A DNA stretch of 61,913 nucleotides, the filler included, from Kipferlia bialata (Eukaryota), in NCBI GenBank assembly GCA_003568945.1. It is 4 parts of 4 records of this genome, joined end to end, with 100 filler letters (N's around TTAATTAATTAA, not from the genome) between each part and the next. Parts side by side here need not be neighbours in the genome. Positions count along the whole stretch, not along the records: positions 23,131 to 46,151 come from BDIP01000269.1; 3 more parts are not named here. The stretch is one strand, 5' to 3'. Position 1 is the stretch's first letter. Every line of letters begins with the position of its first letter. The notes under the pieces were generated by a model. That model did no database searches, was not told the DNA's origin, and worked only from the letters and a program-made list of their open reading frames with translations. The translations under genes were made by a program, and so were the position numbers. Shown one piece after another: positions 26,791 through 43,100 of this stretch.

Positions 26791-27570
26791 ATGTACCTGC
26801 CCCGTCGTGGTATGAGAGTCACAGTGGGAATGTATTTATTATATTATATTAAATTATATTATACACACACATATATAAATATATGTATTGATGTATACCT
26901 GGAATTAGTGTGTTCGAGAGAGCGTGTATTAGTAAGTCTAAGAAAGTACCTGCCCCGTCGTGGTATGAGAGTGACAGTGGGAAGGGAGCCCCTGCACCAG
27001 TGCTGGACGACATGCCCTTGGGGTAGATGACCATCTTGCCCTTGCCTAAGGGTGAGTAAGTGTATGAGTATGTATAGTGCATGTATTTACAATTTACTAA
27101 AGAGAATACTATGAAATTGAATGGCCAGGGTTGATGGCAAGCTTGCCCTTGCCTAGGTTAGAGAATGAACTACCCCATATACCTAAATCACTGTTATATA
27201 TATACCTAATATACACATACACATACACATATGGTGATTATACTAACCGAATGCATTCTGCCCAACCACCCTCTTGCCTCTTGCCGAGTGTACATATCAC
27301 ATGTTCATATATATATATATATATATGAATACAAATATATATATTCAGATATTAATACATAACCATACCGAATGCGTTCTGCCCAGCCACCCTCTTGCCG
27401 AGTGTGCACACCACATGCTCAGAGCCAGAGGTGGTGGCAGTCGGGGAGAGCAGATCCTACAGTTAGAATAGATACGAATTCATATATATATATAGAGAGA
27501 GAGAGAGAGTGCACACCACATGCTCAGAGCCAGAGGTGGTGGCAGTTGGAGACAGAAGAACCTATTATAT

Positions 27571-27607
<37 letters not shown>

Positions 27608-28832
27608 ACAGACGTGGTGGATGTAGGGGAGAGAAGGTCCTATAGTAAGAAATACATATACACATATACATTGAGAGAGCCAGAGGTGGTTGGTAGGTAA
27701 ATAGTTGTTATAGAAGAAAAGTGGGTACAAACATACCTGCTTGCACAGCTTGTTGTGGTGCACGTAGTGCACAGTGTGGCCATCGGGGGCAACCTCATAG
27801 GCAGGCCTCTCCCTAGGGTTAGTCAATAATAATAATAAACAATGTATACATATACAATGATCATCTATATAGGGTCAGACACACACACTTCATGCCTTTG
27901 CTCATTAACACAAATACAAACAAACGTAATCTCATAGAAGAGAAAATGATGATACATGTATGTGTAACAACAACTATTGTGTTCACGTGTGCAATCAATA
28001 CCACTAATTTGTGAAAATATTTACCATCAATACAAGTACTATTGTACTTGTGTTTGCAATTATTACCTGTGTGTGTTGAATGTGAAGAAGCCTCCGTCGT
28101 GTCCAGCAGCCACAATGTTCCTGGGATTAAGGGTGTAGAGAGAGAGAGAGAGAGAGAGAGAGGCAGCCACAATGTTCCTGAGGATAAGGGACGTGAGAAA
28201 GGAATTAGGATTGACCTGGGAACAATAATACTCTCTGGAAACATGGGCATAACAATTAATAGACGTACCTGGTTGGGTGCTCTGCAATGACCCACACCCT
28301 GCCACTGATCCTCTTCTGGTCAATGAAGACCCTCTTCTTGGCCTCGTAGAACCTAGTGGTTAAACAAATAGATAGAGAATACCATAACATGCACTATGTA
28401 ACATGTGGATACATACACACATATATATGTACATATGGTATGACCCTCTTCTTGGCCTCGTAGAACCTGGGGGGTCACCAAAGACAATACAGAATATGTA
28501 CAAATATGTATCAATACGGAAATACAACATTTACAAACCTGGGGTTAAAATGGATACAATGCATGGAGGCATTGGCGGGATATATAATATACCTGATCCT
28601 TCCGTCCTCCCCACCGGATATAATTGTATTCACTATACTATGGACATTGTCATTACTATGTATATATGCATATGTACACATGTACTATAACATACCTGAT
28701 CCTTCCGTCCTCCCCTCCCGAGATGATTGTGTTGCGGTGGGTGAACAGGGCACAGGACACATTGCCGGTGTGACCTATCGTTAGAAATAATGTACCAGAC
28801 ACAATATATATACATATCTATATATATGACAC

Positions 28833-28863
<31 letters not shown>

Positions 28864-29195
28864 TTGATTGTGTTGCGGTGGGTGAACAGGGCACAGGACA
28901 CATTGCCAGTGTGGCCTGGAGTCAGACATAATGTATATCAGATAGATATAGAACCTCTCTCTCTCTATATATATATATATACATATAGGAATATAGGAGA
29001 CATTGCCAGTGTGGCCTAGGAGTTAGACACAATATACAACAAAATATTTAAGAAAAGACAGCTAGATATGGTGTCTTGACCTATATACTAAGATAGTGAG
29101 TTGATACACATATATATAGTATACTAATGTATAAAATAGTTACATTACAATATGTGCTCTAATATATATACATCTACGATATATACAAATATATG

Positions 29196-29244
<49 letters not shown>

Positions 29245-29977
29245 AGATAAATGTGCATACCGTGCAGGGTACTGACTGGGACAAGTGTCTTGACATCAGA
29301 CCCACTGTAGCGCCAGATCTTGACTGGGGTGAATTCAATATGTATAGTATTAGTACATACTGGGCATCCAAACCTGAACAACCGTGTGCTTCGAACGCAC
29401 CAACACTCACACACTATATAAATATATATATATATATACTATATACTGCATTTGGTACCTGACCCGTCGTCTGCTGCCGAGCACAGCACCTTGTGGTCAT
29501 CGGGGTGCCAGCACACCTAGGGGGTGAGTGATAACTATATATACATATAAACATAGGACTAATAGTATTTACACATGTGGGTATCAACTCATATACTATA
29601 CGTGGTCGTCGGGGTGCCAGCAGACCTAGAGAGTGAGTGATGCAAATGTGCGAAATATTTATATTATATATATATAGAATATTAATATAATACTGATACA
29701 CATTTGTAAATCCACGTCATTGTAACATACCCAGTTGACCCCGTTGGTGTGTCCCTGTCCCTCTGTGTGCTTGGTCACAATGGCCAGGGGGAGGGTCAGG
29801 ACCTGGAAGGTTAGTATGAGTATGAGAAGACAGATAGAGAGAGAGAGAGAGCNNNNNNNNNNNNNNNNNNNNNNNNNNNNNNNNNNNNNNNNNNNGAGAG
29901 AGAGAGCATGGGTGCTTGGTCACAATGGCAAGGGGGAGAGTAAGGACCTGAAGGGTTAAGTATAAATATGCAGCACG

Positions 29978-30008
<31 letters not shown>

Positions 30009-32587
30009 TATGTGTGCTTGGTCACAATGGCAATGGGGAGGGTCAGGACCTGAAGGGTTAGTATGAATACATACAAGCAACATTTTTCTATACATGGATA
30101 AGTAATATATATTGACCAACCGAATGTTCCTACCTGCTGCACCACCCTCTGCAGGTTTGTCTTGAGGTGGCTGCCCTTGACATGCTTGATGTCCCATACC
30201 CTATGGTTAGTATCAATGCAGGAACACAGATGTAGATACACACTATATACTAAATACTATAATACATATACATATACATTCTCAATTTGTAAATAATTAT
30301 GAGATGGCTGCCCTTGACATGCTTGATGTCCCACACCCTGACATAAGGGTGTAGCAATTAGTGTGTATATTAGCGTATATATGTATAATATATATATATT
30401 GAATAGTGAATAAAATATACATGTGAATTGCTATATACTGAGAAGTCTGCCCTTGATATGCTTGATGTCCCACACCGTGGTATTAGTATCAATGTAGGAA
30501 TACAGATGTAGATACACACCATATACTAAATACTATAATACTTATAAATATACATTGTATATTGGTAAAATTTATGAGATGACTGCCCTTGACATTCTTG
30601 ATGTCCCACACCCTGACATAAGGGTGTAGCAAGACACACACATATCACAAGGAACAATGCCTACCAAGATATATATCGAGAGTACTTACAGAACACTTAT
30701 ACGTATGGATACCTCACAGACATGTCGAGTGATGCCGTGGCACCAGCAGTAGTATATACAAACACATACAATTTAAATATATATATATAAATACCACTCA
30801 ATAACAACCATACCTGACCGACATGTCGAGTGATGCCGTGGCCACCAGCAGCTGGGTGGGGTCGGGGTGGAACCTGGGGTTACCTGGGAAGATATATATA
30901 TACATACATATATATATATATATATATAGAAAGAGAGAGAGAGAAAGATGGGAACTGCAGCTGGGTGGGTTCGGGGTGGAACCTGAAGGGTAGAGACAGA
31001 GAGGAGAGAGAGAGAGAGAGAGATACAGAGATAGAGAGATAGAGAGATGGGTGGGGTCGGGGTGGAACCTGGGTGTAAAGACAAATAGAGATGGGAAGAG
31101 AGAGACAGGGAGAAAAATATAGGGAGAGGGGGGTGATATATAATGGGAGAGCAGAGATGGAAGAAATATGTATGAATACATGTGGATGTATACTAGTGTG
31201 TATGTTTGTATAGTATGTGTGCATACTAGACTACACATATAGTGTGACATACCTGGCACACATGACGTAGTATGCATGGCCCACAAGGTCAGCTATCCTG
31301 CTCCTGGACTGCCAGTTCCACACTCTAAGGGGTGAGAAGAGAGATATATATATGAGAGAGATCTAACACATGTATATCTATATATACAGAGAGAGAGATA
31401 CTATATCCTCCTGGACTGCCAGTTCCACACCCTGAAGTCAAAAACAATGGGTATACATATATACTTTCCCACCTCACTCTCCATATATATATACATATAT
31501 GTGTATACATATATATACACATACACACATAGTGCTATATTTGGCTGTGTTGTCGTCACTGGCACTCAATGCTTTCCCCCCTCTCTCTCCATATTTATAC
31601 GCATATATGTATATACATGTATATACAAATACATATATACAATATAATAATATACCTGGCTGTGTTGTCGTCACTGGCACTCAGCAGCCATGGCTCAACT
31701 GGGTGGAACTCAAGGGTCCTGAGGTTATATATATAGTATGCAAACATATATATAGTATATATATAGTTATACAAAATATATAATATATATATATACTATA
31801 CAAACGTATTTCCACTCCATCTAACATATTTCTCATACATATATATAATTATGGCTCGACAGGGTGGAACTCAAGGGTCCTGGGGGGTGAGGAAGGTAAC
31901 ACATTTAGAAATGAAAATATGTGTACTACTATGTAGTATTTATATATACTATATTCATTTTCCGTCTCTGCATAATGACACTCGCGGGTCCGTAGGAGGA
32001 GATGATGGGGGGAGGGGGGGGTACCAGTAGTAGTAAACCTGTATAAACATGTACCTAGTGTAGTCTGTGTGTCCCTTCAAAGTCATATATAACAGTAGCT
32101 CAACGACAGGAATACAGTATACACACACATATATGTATACATCATTACAAGTATATATACATATACATACCTGATGTAGTCTGTATGTCCCTTCAGAGTG
32201 AACACGCACTTGTTGGTCTCCAGGGACCAGACCTGGGGGGTAAGTCGATACAATAGTACTACTATTAGTACTCATAGTTACATATACATATATATAGGAC
32301 GTATTTACATACATAATACTTGTTGGTCTCGAGGGACCAGACCTGGGTGAGAATACATGTGCATACATATACATGAACACATATATAGGGTGTATATACA
32401 TATATATGCATCCATACCTTGATGAGTGTGTCGTCTCCCCCTGATGCAAATTAATATCGATAAATATCTATATAGTAGAATACTTAGTGTATAGACAAGG
32501 TGGATACGTATAGGGCTCTATACCTTGATGAGCGTGTCATCTCCTCCTGATGCAAACAGAGGCTGGGAGGGGTGGAAGGCAATGGCC
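23190..32587 (-). CDS. COPA: Coatomer subunit alpha (N-terminal WD40 propellers), partial, many tiny exons
   Basis: Exons AIAFHPSQPLFASGGDDTLIK, VWSLETNKCVFTLKGHTDYIR, TLEFHPVEPWLLSASDDNTA, VWNWQSRSRIADLVGHAYYVMCA, FHPDPTQLLVATASLDMSVRVWDI, GHTNGVNW, RVWVIAEHPT|RNIVAAGHDGGFFTFNTHR|ERPAY, IKGGFW and EDGCFTAINRPIYPV..WYIDR, collinear with alpha-COP. Confidence 0.93.
26219..26385. repeat. 4x ~48-bp tandem repeat spanning a COPA exon end and its donor site
   Basis: CCTAGTGAC(G/A)TGTAGCACCGGGGA at 26219, 26268, 26317 and 26364 (periods 49/49/47), separated by (AG)n. Confidence 0.9.
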
Positions 32588-33058
32588 CTAAGGGTAAGAT
32601 ATGAAAAGTGTACAATATTAACATAGAAGTGTAGTACCATATACAGGGAGGGGTGGAAGGCCCTAGAGGTTAGGGTGGGAATGGGGAGAGAATGAAACAG
32701 ACCCCAAGGGGGGGGGGGGGGGGGGGACCACAAAAAAATTTTTCAANNNNNNNNNNNNNNNNNNNNNNNNNNNNNNNNNNNNNNNNNNNNNNNNNNNNNN
32801 NNNNNNNNNNNNNNNNNNNNNNNNNNNNNNNNNNNNNNNNNNNNNNNNNNNNNNNNNNNNNNNNNNNNNNNNNNNNNNNNNNNNNNNNNNNNNNNNNNNN
32901 NNNNNNNNNNNNNNNNNNNNNNNNNNNNNNNNNNNNNNNNNNNNNNNNNNNNNNNNNNNNNNNNNNNNNNNNNNNNNNNNNNNNNNNNNNNNNNNNNNNN
33001 NNNNNGGTGGTTTTGTTAATACACAATAGGTGCCCCCCCCCCCCCCTCTCACCCCCAG

Positions 33059-33460
33059 CCGACAAGCTGCCTGCCCCCATGCTGGAGAAGATGGGCAAGG
33101 ACATGGTCATGATCGTCAGGTATAAACACCATATACATTGTAGTATGTTAATGCACTATTATACTTATGATTATTAAGGTACTATACAGTGTATGAATGT
33201 GGACGCATACACTATCTTATCCCCAGTGGCGTTGAGAGGACCCTTGTCGGCCCCTACGCCTGTGGCGAGGAGCCCTGCTACGCCGACTTTGCCCTGGGCA
33301 ACCTGGCCAACATGATGAAGGTATACTAATTCACTGTTGTCAGAATTATATATGTATCATCAGATACTATGACTAAGACACTAATGCGTAGATGGGTGGC
33401 AAGACCGAGCTCCTCGAGGCCTGCCCCAAGCTCGCTGCCCTCGCTGCCCTCTACGAGTAA
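33059..33460 (+). CDS. Glutathione S-transferase-like protein, C-terminal three exons
   Basis: DKLPAPMLEKMGKDMVMIVS|GVERTLVGPYACGEEPCYADFALGNLANMMK|MGGKTELLEACPKLAALAALYE*, with the GST_C GxYxxG...ADF and PKL motifs. Confidence 0.75.
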
Positions 33461-33976
33461 AGTAGCTGAGGTTCAATAGCTGATTCTGACATTGTCCTCG
33501 ACGGTCTCTTCTGGTGAAGTAGTACCCATGACGTAGTAGTGCTGTTGATACTGGCAGACAATAGATGAGAAGTCAGTGACAGTGTAGAAGTGTATCTGCA
33601 GGTACTCTTTAGTGTACTTTGCAGGAAGAAATGTTGGGTTACTCAAACAGTGTAAGAAGGTTATTGCCCTCGTTGGCAAGGCGATCGATGATGCAGAGTC
33701 GTAACCATACTTGCAAAGTACATAACCACAAGCACAATACACCGATTGGCAACTCTATTATCGCTCATACACACTATTGAATCTACACACGCACACGACA
33801 CTCACAAACCTCGGAAACAGGTGAACTCTACATACATGCGCTCCCTCACCTCCACCTCTAGTTACCCTAGTTCCTCTAGTACACCCCCTAGGTCACATCA
33901 GCCACAAACAGACTGACATCAAGTACACGCAGCACATGTCTCTCTACACACCCACAGACACTCTCTGTGTCTGTGT

Positions 33977-36159
<2,183 letters not shown>

Positions 36160-36379
36160 TTCTGGGTACGACCACTTGAGAGCAGAGTTCGATTTTGGTA
36201 CTCTCACGCTGGCCCCTTTTGACAACTCATTTCAACAAAAACTCAACAACAGACATTCCTTCAGTCCCTCTGTTTGGCACCTTAGATACCACCTCAATCT
36301 CTGTCAATGTGGCTCTCGTTGGCAATACTATGCCAAGTAAGTCATGTACTTAGATGCCTTGCAAGTGGATATAGTACAT

Positions 36380-39300
36380 TTATTGGCCTGTGCGGGATGG
36401 GTCAGCCTCTGTGATGACTGAGACCTGGGCCACAAGGCACTCCTCGTTGGTGGATATGTCCACCTCCTTGAGGACATACCTAGAGTCAGTTGAAAACATA
36501 ATGTGTGTGAATGTGGGTGTACATATATATACCTGTAGAGCCTCTCTGGCTCCAGTCCGAGGTCGAGGAACATGGGTGTGGAGGAGGCGTATACTGGCTC
36601 GAAGCCATCCCCGCTGTCACGGGACACCTCCCACTCCTGCAGGTCAGATACAATGTGTCAGAGAGTATAGTGCATAGAGTATATATATAGCATAGATAAT
36701 TTAGAATACTAATATATAAGCCACGTACCCCCTCTCTGGATAGCTGCCCCCTCCACTGCAGCAGTGCACTGGTGGGCTTGGCCACAGTGCACCTGAAGCC
36801 AACAGAGGCTGGGTCTCTGACAGACAGAGAGGCACCCTCAACACCATCTAGACTCTCAGTCACGGCCATGCCCACCTCACTGCCCTGCCTCGACATCTCC
36901 CTCACAGTCACGTCCAGCACCTTGACTGGGGGGGTGCCCCTCCTCTCTCTCTCAGCACTAGAGTGGCCCTTCCCTGCGTGCTCAGGGTTGGTACGGGATG
37001 GAGACCTGTTGAGTACCTCCTCTCTCTCCCTCTCCTCCCTCTCCCTATCCCTCACTGAGACTGATGTGTCCACAACCACAGTGGGGGCACTCTCCCTCTG
37101 CCGCCTCTCCTCCTCGGCCCTCTCTCTCTCCTGCAGCAGAGTCACGGCGGCCATGTCGGCATCCCCACTAACCCTAGACCCTCTGCTGCCTCTGCCCTCT
37201 GTCTTGGGTGCTCTGATGCTGGGGGTACGGGAGGCAGCCATCTCCATGGCCTGGGGTCAGGTATATGAGAGTTACTAGCTGATATGTGTATGTATATAAT
37301 TACATATGTATAGGAGAGGGCAGTCATCTTCAATCTCTGGGGGTGACATAAGAGGTACACTGCACACGAAAGACACTATACGGGACCCACCTCGCCAATG
37401 GACACTGTGCGTGATGGCCTGGCATGGCGGGAGGGACGGTCAGTCTTCCTGGGGGTGAGGAGAATACATTGAGAATAGACACATCAAGAATTGAAGAGCT
37501 CTCTACCCCCCAAAGTCTTCCTGATGGAAAGGAGAGTATAAAAAAGAGAGAGCAGCGACAATGGAACACAGCACTCCCTACCTGACTGGCTCTGGTGACC
37601 GTATCCTCTGCACCGTGGAGGGGACAACCTTGTAGGCAGACTCGGAGATACGGGTGGCCCTGCGGTTAGAGAGAGAGGGAGGGGATGTTCAGCAAGATAT
37701 AATACATAGACATAGTGTATATAGTCCTAGGTATATCCTCACCTGTCAATGGACATCTGCAGCATGGCAGGGCTGGGTGGGGGCAGGACAGTGGGCACAC
37801 TGGGCTCTCTGTGCATACCCTTCTCTCCCTCCCCCTCTCCCTCATCCCTGGGTGGGGAGGCACACTCCTTCTGCACACTCTCCTCCCTCTCTACCGTCTC
37901 TACAGCAGGAACAGCACTATCCCTCTCCCTCTCCCTCTCCCTCTCCCTCCTGGGTGATGTTCCACCCCCTGGTGCCACTAGGGGGGCAGCAGGGAGGGGA
38001 CCACTCACACTACCCCTCTCCTTATGCACAGGCTCAGCGACAGAGAGGGTGAACACCCCCCCGTCCCCTGCACTGACAGACACCTCTCTCGACATGCCCC
38101 CCTGGGAGTAGTACCTGTCCCCCTGCATGGAGTCCCTCTCTCTCTCTCTCCCCTGGTCGGGGGAGGGGACAGGGGTGGTGTCAACGGCCACTGGCTCTCT
38201 GTGGCTACTGGCCCTCACCCTAGACCTCTCATGGGGGTACTGAGCGTACTGGTCCACACTCCCACCCCTCTCCACAGTGCTCTCTCTCTTGTCTCTGGCA
38301 GCCTCCTTGGGGGGGACCACACTGGGGGAGTGCACGTAGCGGCGCCTGATGTCAATTGATACATGTATACATTGAGTAAATAATAGTGAAAGTATATCAT
38401 TGGCTAAAGAGAGCACCTATTTCCCCTATATATACATCCACCAAATAAAAGGGAAGAATACAATATGGCCCACCTGCTCCTGTCGTCTGTCTCCCCCAGG
38501 TGTGCCCTTGTGGCCAGTTCAGTGGCAGCACGCTGGGCACGCCTGGCACTCTGAAGAGCCTGGAGGGTGAGGTACTATGTATATACAGAGACAGAGATAC
38601 ATATCATATATGCCAGGCACTCTGGAGGGCCTGGCATATATGGAGGATGAGGTGCAATATATAAACAGACAGAGAGAGACAGGATATATACATATACGTA
38701 GAGATATAGACAGGGCACTCAGCAGGGAGAGGATACAGAGCCAAAACTAATACACAGACCAGATATAATACACTACCATATATGCGTACCTCCGATATGC
38801 CGCTGTATGCCTTTGTGCCTGCCACCCTGTGGATGGCAGGGGGGGCACGGCTCAGATACATGTCCTCACCCTGCCTCTCCCTCTCTACACTGACCCTTGC
38901 CTTACTAGTCTCACTAGGGGCGGCATTGGACACCCTCTCCACCCTCTCTCTCTGCCTCCCAGGCCCCCTGATAGTGGTGCTGCCATGGGAGGAGGAGTCA
39001 AAGGAGACCTTCTCCGTGTTCTGGGTGGCCACCAGTCTCTCCCCCTGCTGTCTGGACATGCTCTCACTCTTCCTGGCTATGCGCTGGGTCTGCGACATCT
39101 GCCTGCTCCTCTCACGGCTGGCAGCCCCTGGCCCGTTGGCCCTGGACACCTCTCTGCCCTGGTTGCTGTATGGGCTGTGGATGGTGACAGGGGCAGTGCG
39201 GGACAGAGAGGTCACAGAGAGACGCCCGGAGTCCTGGGAGGGCGCAGTGACACGGGCAGTGATGGCGGGTGCCCTAGCAGCAGGGCCCATCTGGGGTACG

Positions 39301-39760
39301 GCCTAAGGTGAGGGGTAGGATGTGTGAAGACTGGATAGGGTCAACATGTCAAGGGTACCAAACCTCTATACAATACACAATAACTCACCGCAGTCTTTTG
39401 TACACGCTCCACGGGTGCCACGGAACCTGACGGCCCCCCTGCAGAAGTGACCGGCTGTGTGGGTGAGAACCCAGCTGCTGCGTGGGCGAAGTGTGCCTTG
39501 TTCACAATGTACGAGGCCTTAGCACTCCCCGCGTTCAGGGAGGAGGCAGTCAGACTCACAGGGCCGGAGGTCACGACACTAGGGGTAGTATTGTAGTACC
39601 CAGACCGAGTTAGAGAGCCATATGTGCGTGACTGGGACGAGGAAACATGATGGGAGTCGGATACATGCTTTCCAGCGCCAACAGGGAGCCGCTGAGTCCT
39701 CTGCAAGGACTTGCTACCACCCTTGGCCGTCGAAAGGGCCACTGGCTGGCTGAAATCCAT
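36380..39760 (-). CDS. Large S/R/E-rich low-complexity protein with a probable C-terminal fibronectin type III domain
   Basis: Large exons in ORFs 39341-39760, 38604-39290, 37739-38416 and 36486-37247. C-terminus PTSALLQW..FEPVYASSTPMFLDLGLEPERLYR|YVLKEV resembles FN3 (TS..L.W; VY.G; L.P...Y.Y). Confidence 0.6.
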
Positions 39761-40123
39761 CAGGGCTCACTTATTGGTGCAGAATTGGACACCTCGTGTT
39801 GGTAAACAGTGGGATCTCAGACATCGGTCTCGATTTTTGTCAAAACCCTTTTGACTCTCTCAACTTGACTCACAGTCTGTGATAGTTGAGTCACTCACTA
39901 TGAGTCATTATGAGTGACCAGTGATATCATACACCCCACTAAAACCACTCAATATATTCACACACAGACGAGTCACACGTAACAAATATCCAAAGAGTGC
40001 ATTCTCTCTCTGGTACAATTCGGGTAATACATACACAACCTTCCTAACTACTAACATCACTACAGGAACACAAAACAAGACTCTGACACTCAGACGTGGC
40101 TACACTTGGATACAGGATACATG

Positions 40124-43100
40124 TCACTGACCCTGCTCAGCTGCAAGGGCCAGCTTCTGCTGGGCCAGTCTCTTGGAACGGGCCTTGACGGCTGGGTGTT
40201 AGAAGAGTGTTATGAATGGAAGTATGAACATGTGTGTGTGTGTATGGTGGTATTAACACTGATATCTTACCTGGCTGCTGCAGCTGCCTCAGGGTCCAGT
40301 CAATCAGTTGAGACACGTTCCTGCCAGCATCGTCTGGGGGAATAGGCCTAGGGGTGAGAGTGGCGCCCAAGGGTATGGAATATATGCTGTGATATATAGA
40401 GAGGTGTACTAGTATATATATATATACCTAGGTGAGTCTGTGACCACATCCGGTGCCCTCTCCAGACCCAGTCCATCAGACTGGAACACAGTGGAGATGA
40501 CAGTCCAGGGTCTAGGGGTGAGAGAGAGAGAGAGTAATAGAGCAGGGATAGATGGGAGAGACAGACCCTCACCTCTTTGAGAACTCGTACTGCCTAGCCT
40601 TGATCCCAACTATCAGTATCAGTATCTACTACTATATATCTATCTACTACGTATATATATGTATATATATGTATATATCATACCTCTTTGAGTACTCGTA
40701 CTGCCTGGCCTTGATGCCCACCATCAGGTCCCCCACCCAGTTGCTGTTACGGGTGGACATGGTCTCGCTGGCATTGCTGCGGTCCTCGTCTACAGTCAGC
40801 GACAAGGCAGGAAGGCACAAAGAGAGAGTAGCAGAACACATTAGAAATGTATCATGTGTATGTATACATGCACCCACCCCCGTATGACATTCTGTCGTCT
40901 CCCTTCCTGGACATGATGGCACTGGATACAGGCACACGCTGCTTGACTAGTCTGGGGTGGGAATCAATGGGGATATAGGGTAATAGCCATATAAATATAT
41001 ATATACCAGTACCCACCTGCTGCTGGGCACCTCTATGTTCCAGAATAAGTATCATTAGATATGAAGTGTATACATAGATGTAAATACATAAATATAAACA
41101 CATATACATATACCCTCACCTGCTGCTTGGCACCTCTCTGTCCATGGTGAGCTGTGCAATGTGGGGTCCCACACTGTCTCTCTCTCTGTCAGTCATGGTC
41201 CTGGGGGGTCAGAGGGGCACACTATACATACACATCGTAATATAGATTCATATACTTATGTATTGCTACTATACCTCTCAGCTGTTGCGAGGTCTGTGCT
41301 GGAGGGTGCGGCAGGTACATAACGACATAAGTGTATATATACACACTCAATAGAACTAAATCGTATACATATATATATAGAGAGAGAGATATACCTCTCA
41401 GCCGTAGCGAGGTCTGTGCTGGAGGGTGCTGCACTCATGCGCTGCTGCCCTGCCACCAGTAGGGGCTCCATGACACTGTCCCTGTCTGCCTCTGGGGGTG
41501 TGTGGGGTGTCTCCGGTATGTGGTGTGAGGAGGAGGCATGGGAGAAGGACAGGTCCTCGGGGCAAAGCACGGCATCCCCATAGACAGAGTCAGAGGGTGA
41601 GACTAAGTCATCCCCGTCGCTGCTGATGTATGCCTCTCTCCCCCTGTGTCCCCGTCCGTCCTCGGCGTGCAGGAGGTCAGGGTGTGACCCCGAGGCCGAG
41701 AGAGAGATGGAGCAGGGCAGGGAGTGCTCCTCCACCATGCTGGGGGTGGACAGGGAGATGGAGTCGGAGAGGGAGTGCTCAGGGTGCGAGGAGTGCACCA
41801 CGACATGCACGCTGTCACACTCAGTCTCATGGGCTGTGGTGGTGCTCTCTGCGTCAATGGGTATGGCACATCCACCAAGGACTGACTCCATCCCCTCTCT
41901 CTCCCTCTCACTCCTCATGCGGGCCTGGGCCTTTCTCCTTGCCCGGTCCTCCTTCCTGCCCTCCCTCTCTCTCTCCTTCTCTCTGTCCTTCGTGTCACGC
42001 CTGCCACCCAGGCCCCACATGAAGGAGCCCTGGATATAAGAGACCAGTATGATAAATGTATTGCAGAGTCATACATGGGGAAATTGTGGCAATAATATAC
42101 ACCATACCTTGTGTGCGGGTGACGACTGTAGCTCCACGCTTAGTCTAGCAAGAGGTGTACCCGGAGACACCAGGACCCTACCCCCCTGACCTATCACTTG
42201 CTGTCCCCCCACTGTCATCATGTCCATCTCTCTCTCTCTCTCCCTCTCAGATGAGGGGGTGCCTTCGCTCTCCTCCTCTCTCTCTCCCCCTCTCCTGCCC
42301 TCTCTGTCACCGAGACCAACCACCCGTAACCCACCTGGATATCAGTATCAGTATCATTATATATATATATATATTATCTACATCCTCATACAATTTACCC
42401 ACCTGGGGACACTGCTAGCCTCTCCGGCACAGCCCCCACCCCCTCCTCTCCCTCTCCCTCTCCCTCATCCCCTACCCCTATGTCCATGACAGCTGGGGAG
42501 ATGCTCTCTCTCCCTGGTAGACGGTACTCAGACATCTCATCGTCTGGGGGTGAGATTAAGTAATGAAAAGGAAACATATAAGGATGGGGGGTAAGGAAGG
42601 AGAGAGAGAGAGAGAGAGAGAGAGTATATATACACTACATGTATATATACCTATGTTGTCTGGCATGACCCCTCCACAGAGTAGGGTCAGGGGGACCTTA
42701 CGCAGAAGGGACATCGGGGTGATGCATCCTGGGGGGTTAGGCACATTAGGTACACACACAGTAAGATATTTGTGGGAGAGACACATGTCACTCACCCTCC
42801 TTGTCCTGCTTGTTGAGACATATCACCAGGGGCACTCCGTCCAGCTCCTCGTTGGACAGGAGGTGGTCCAGTTCTGAGGATTAGAGGTGTACACACACAC
42901 AGATATGAATAGATATATTGATAATACAACAATTACTATCATACCCCTGATAGCCTCTGGCAGCCTGTCTGGCTCACTGGCATCTATCACAAACACTAGG
43001 GCATCGGCATCGTAGTAATTCTCCCACGTCTTGCGGAAGCCTACAGAGCCACCTAGAGTGAGACTAGAGGTACTAGATGTATGAACAGATATAAAGAGAA

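Noticed and set aside
29760..30620. Regularly interspaced ~30-bp direct repeats resembling a CRISPR array
   Set aside because: The repeats are copies of COPA exon starts, the spacers are irregular AT-rich intron DNA, and there are no cas genes in this eukaryotic context.
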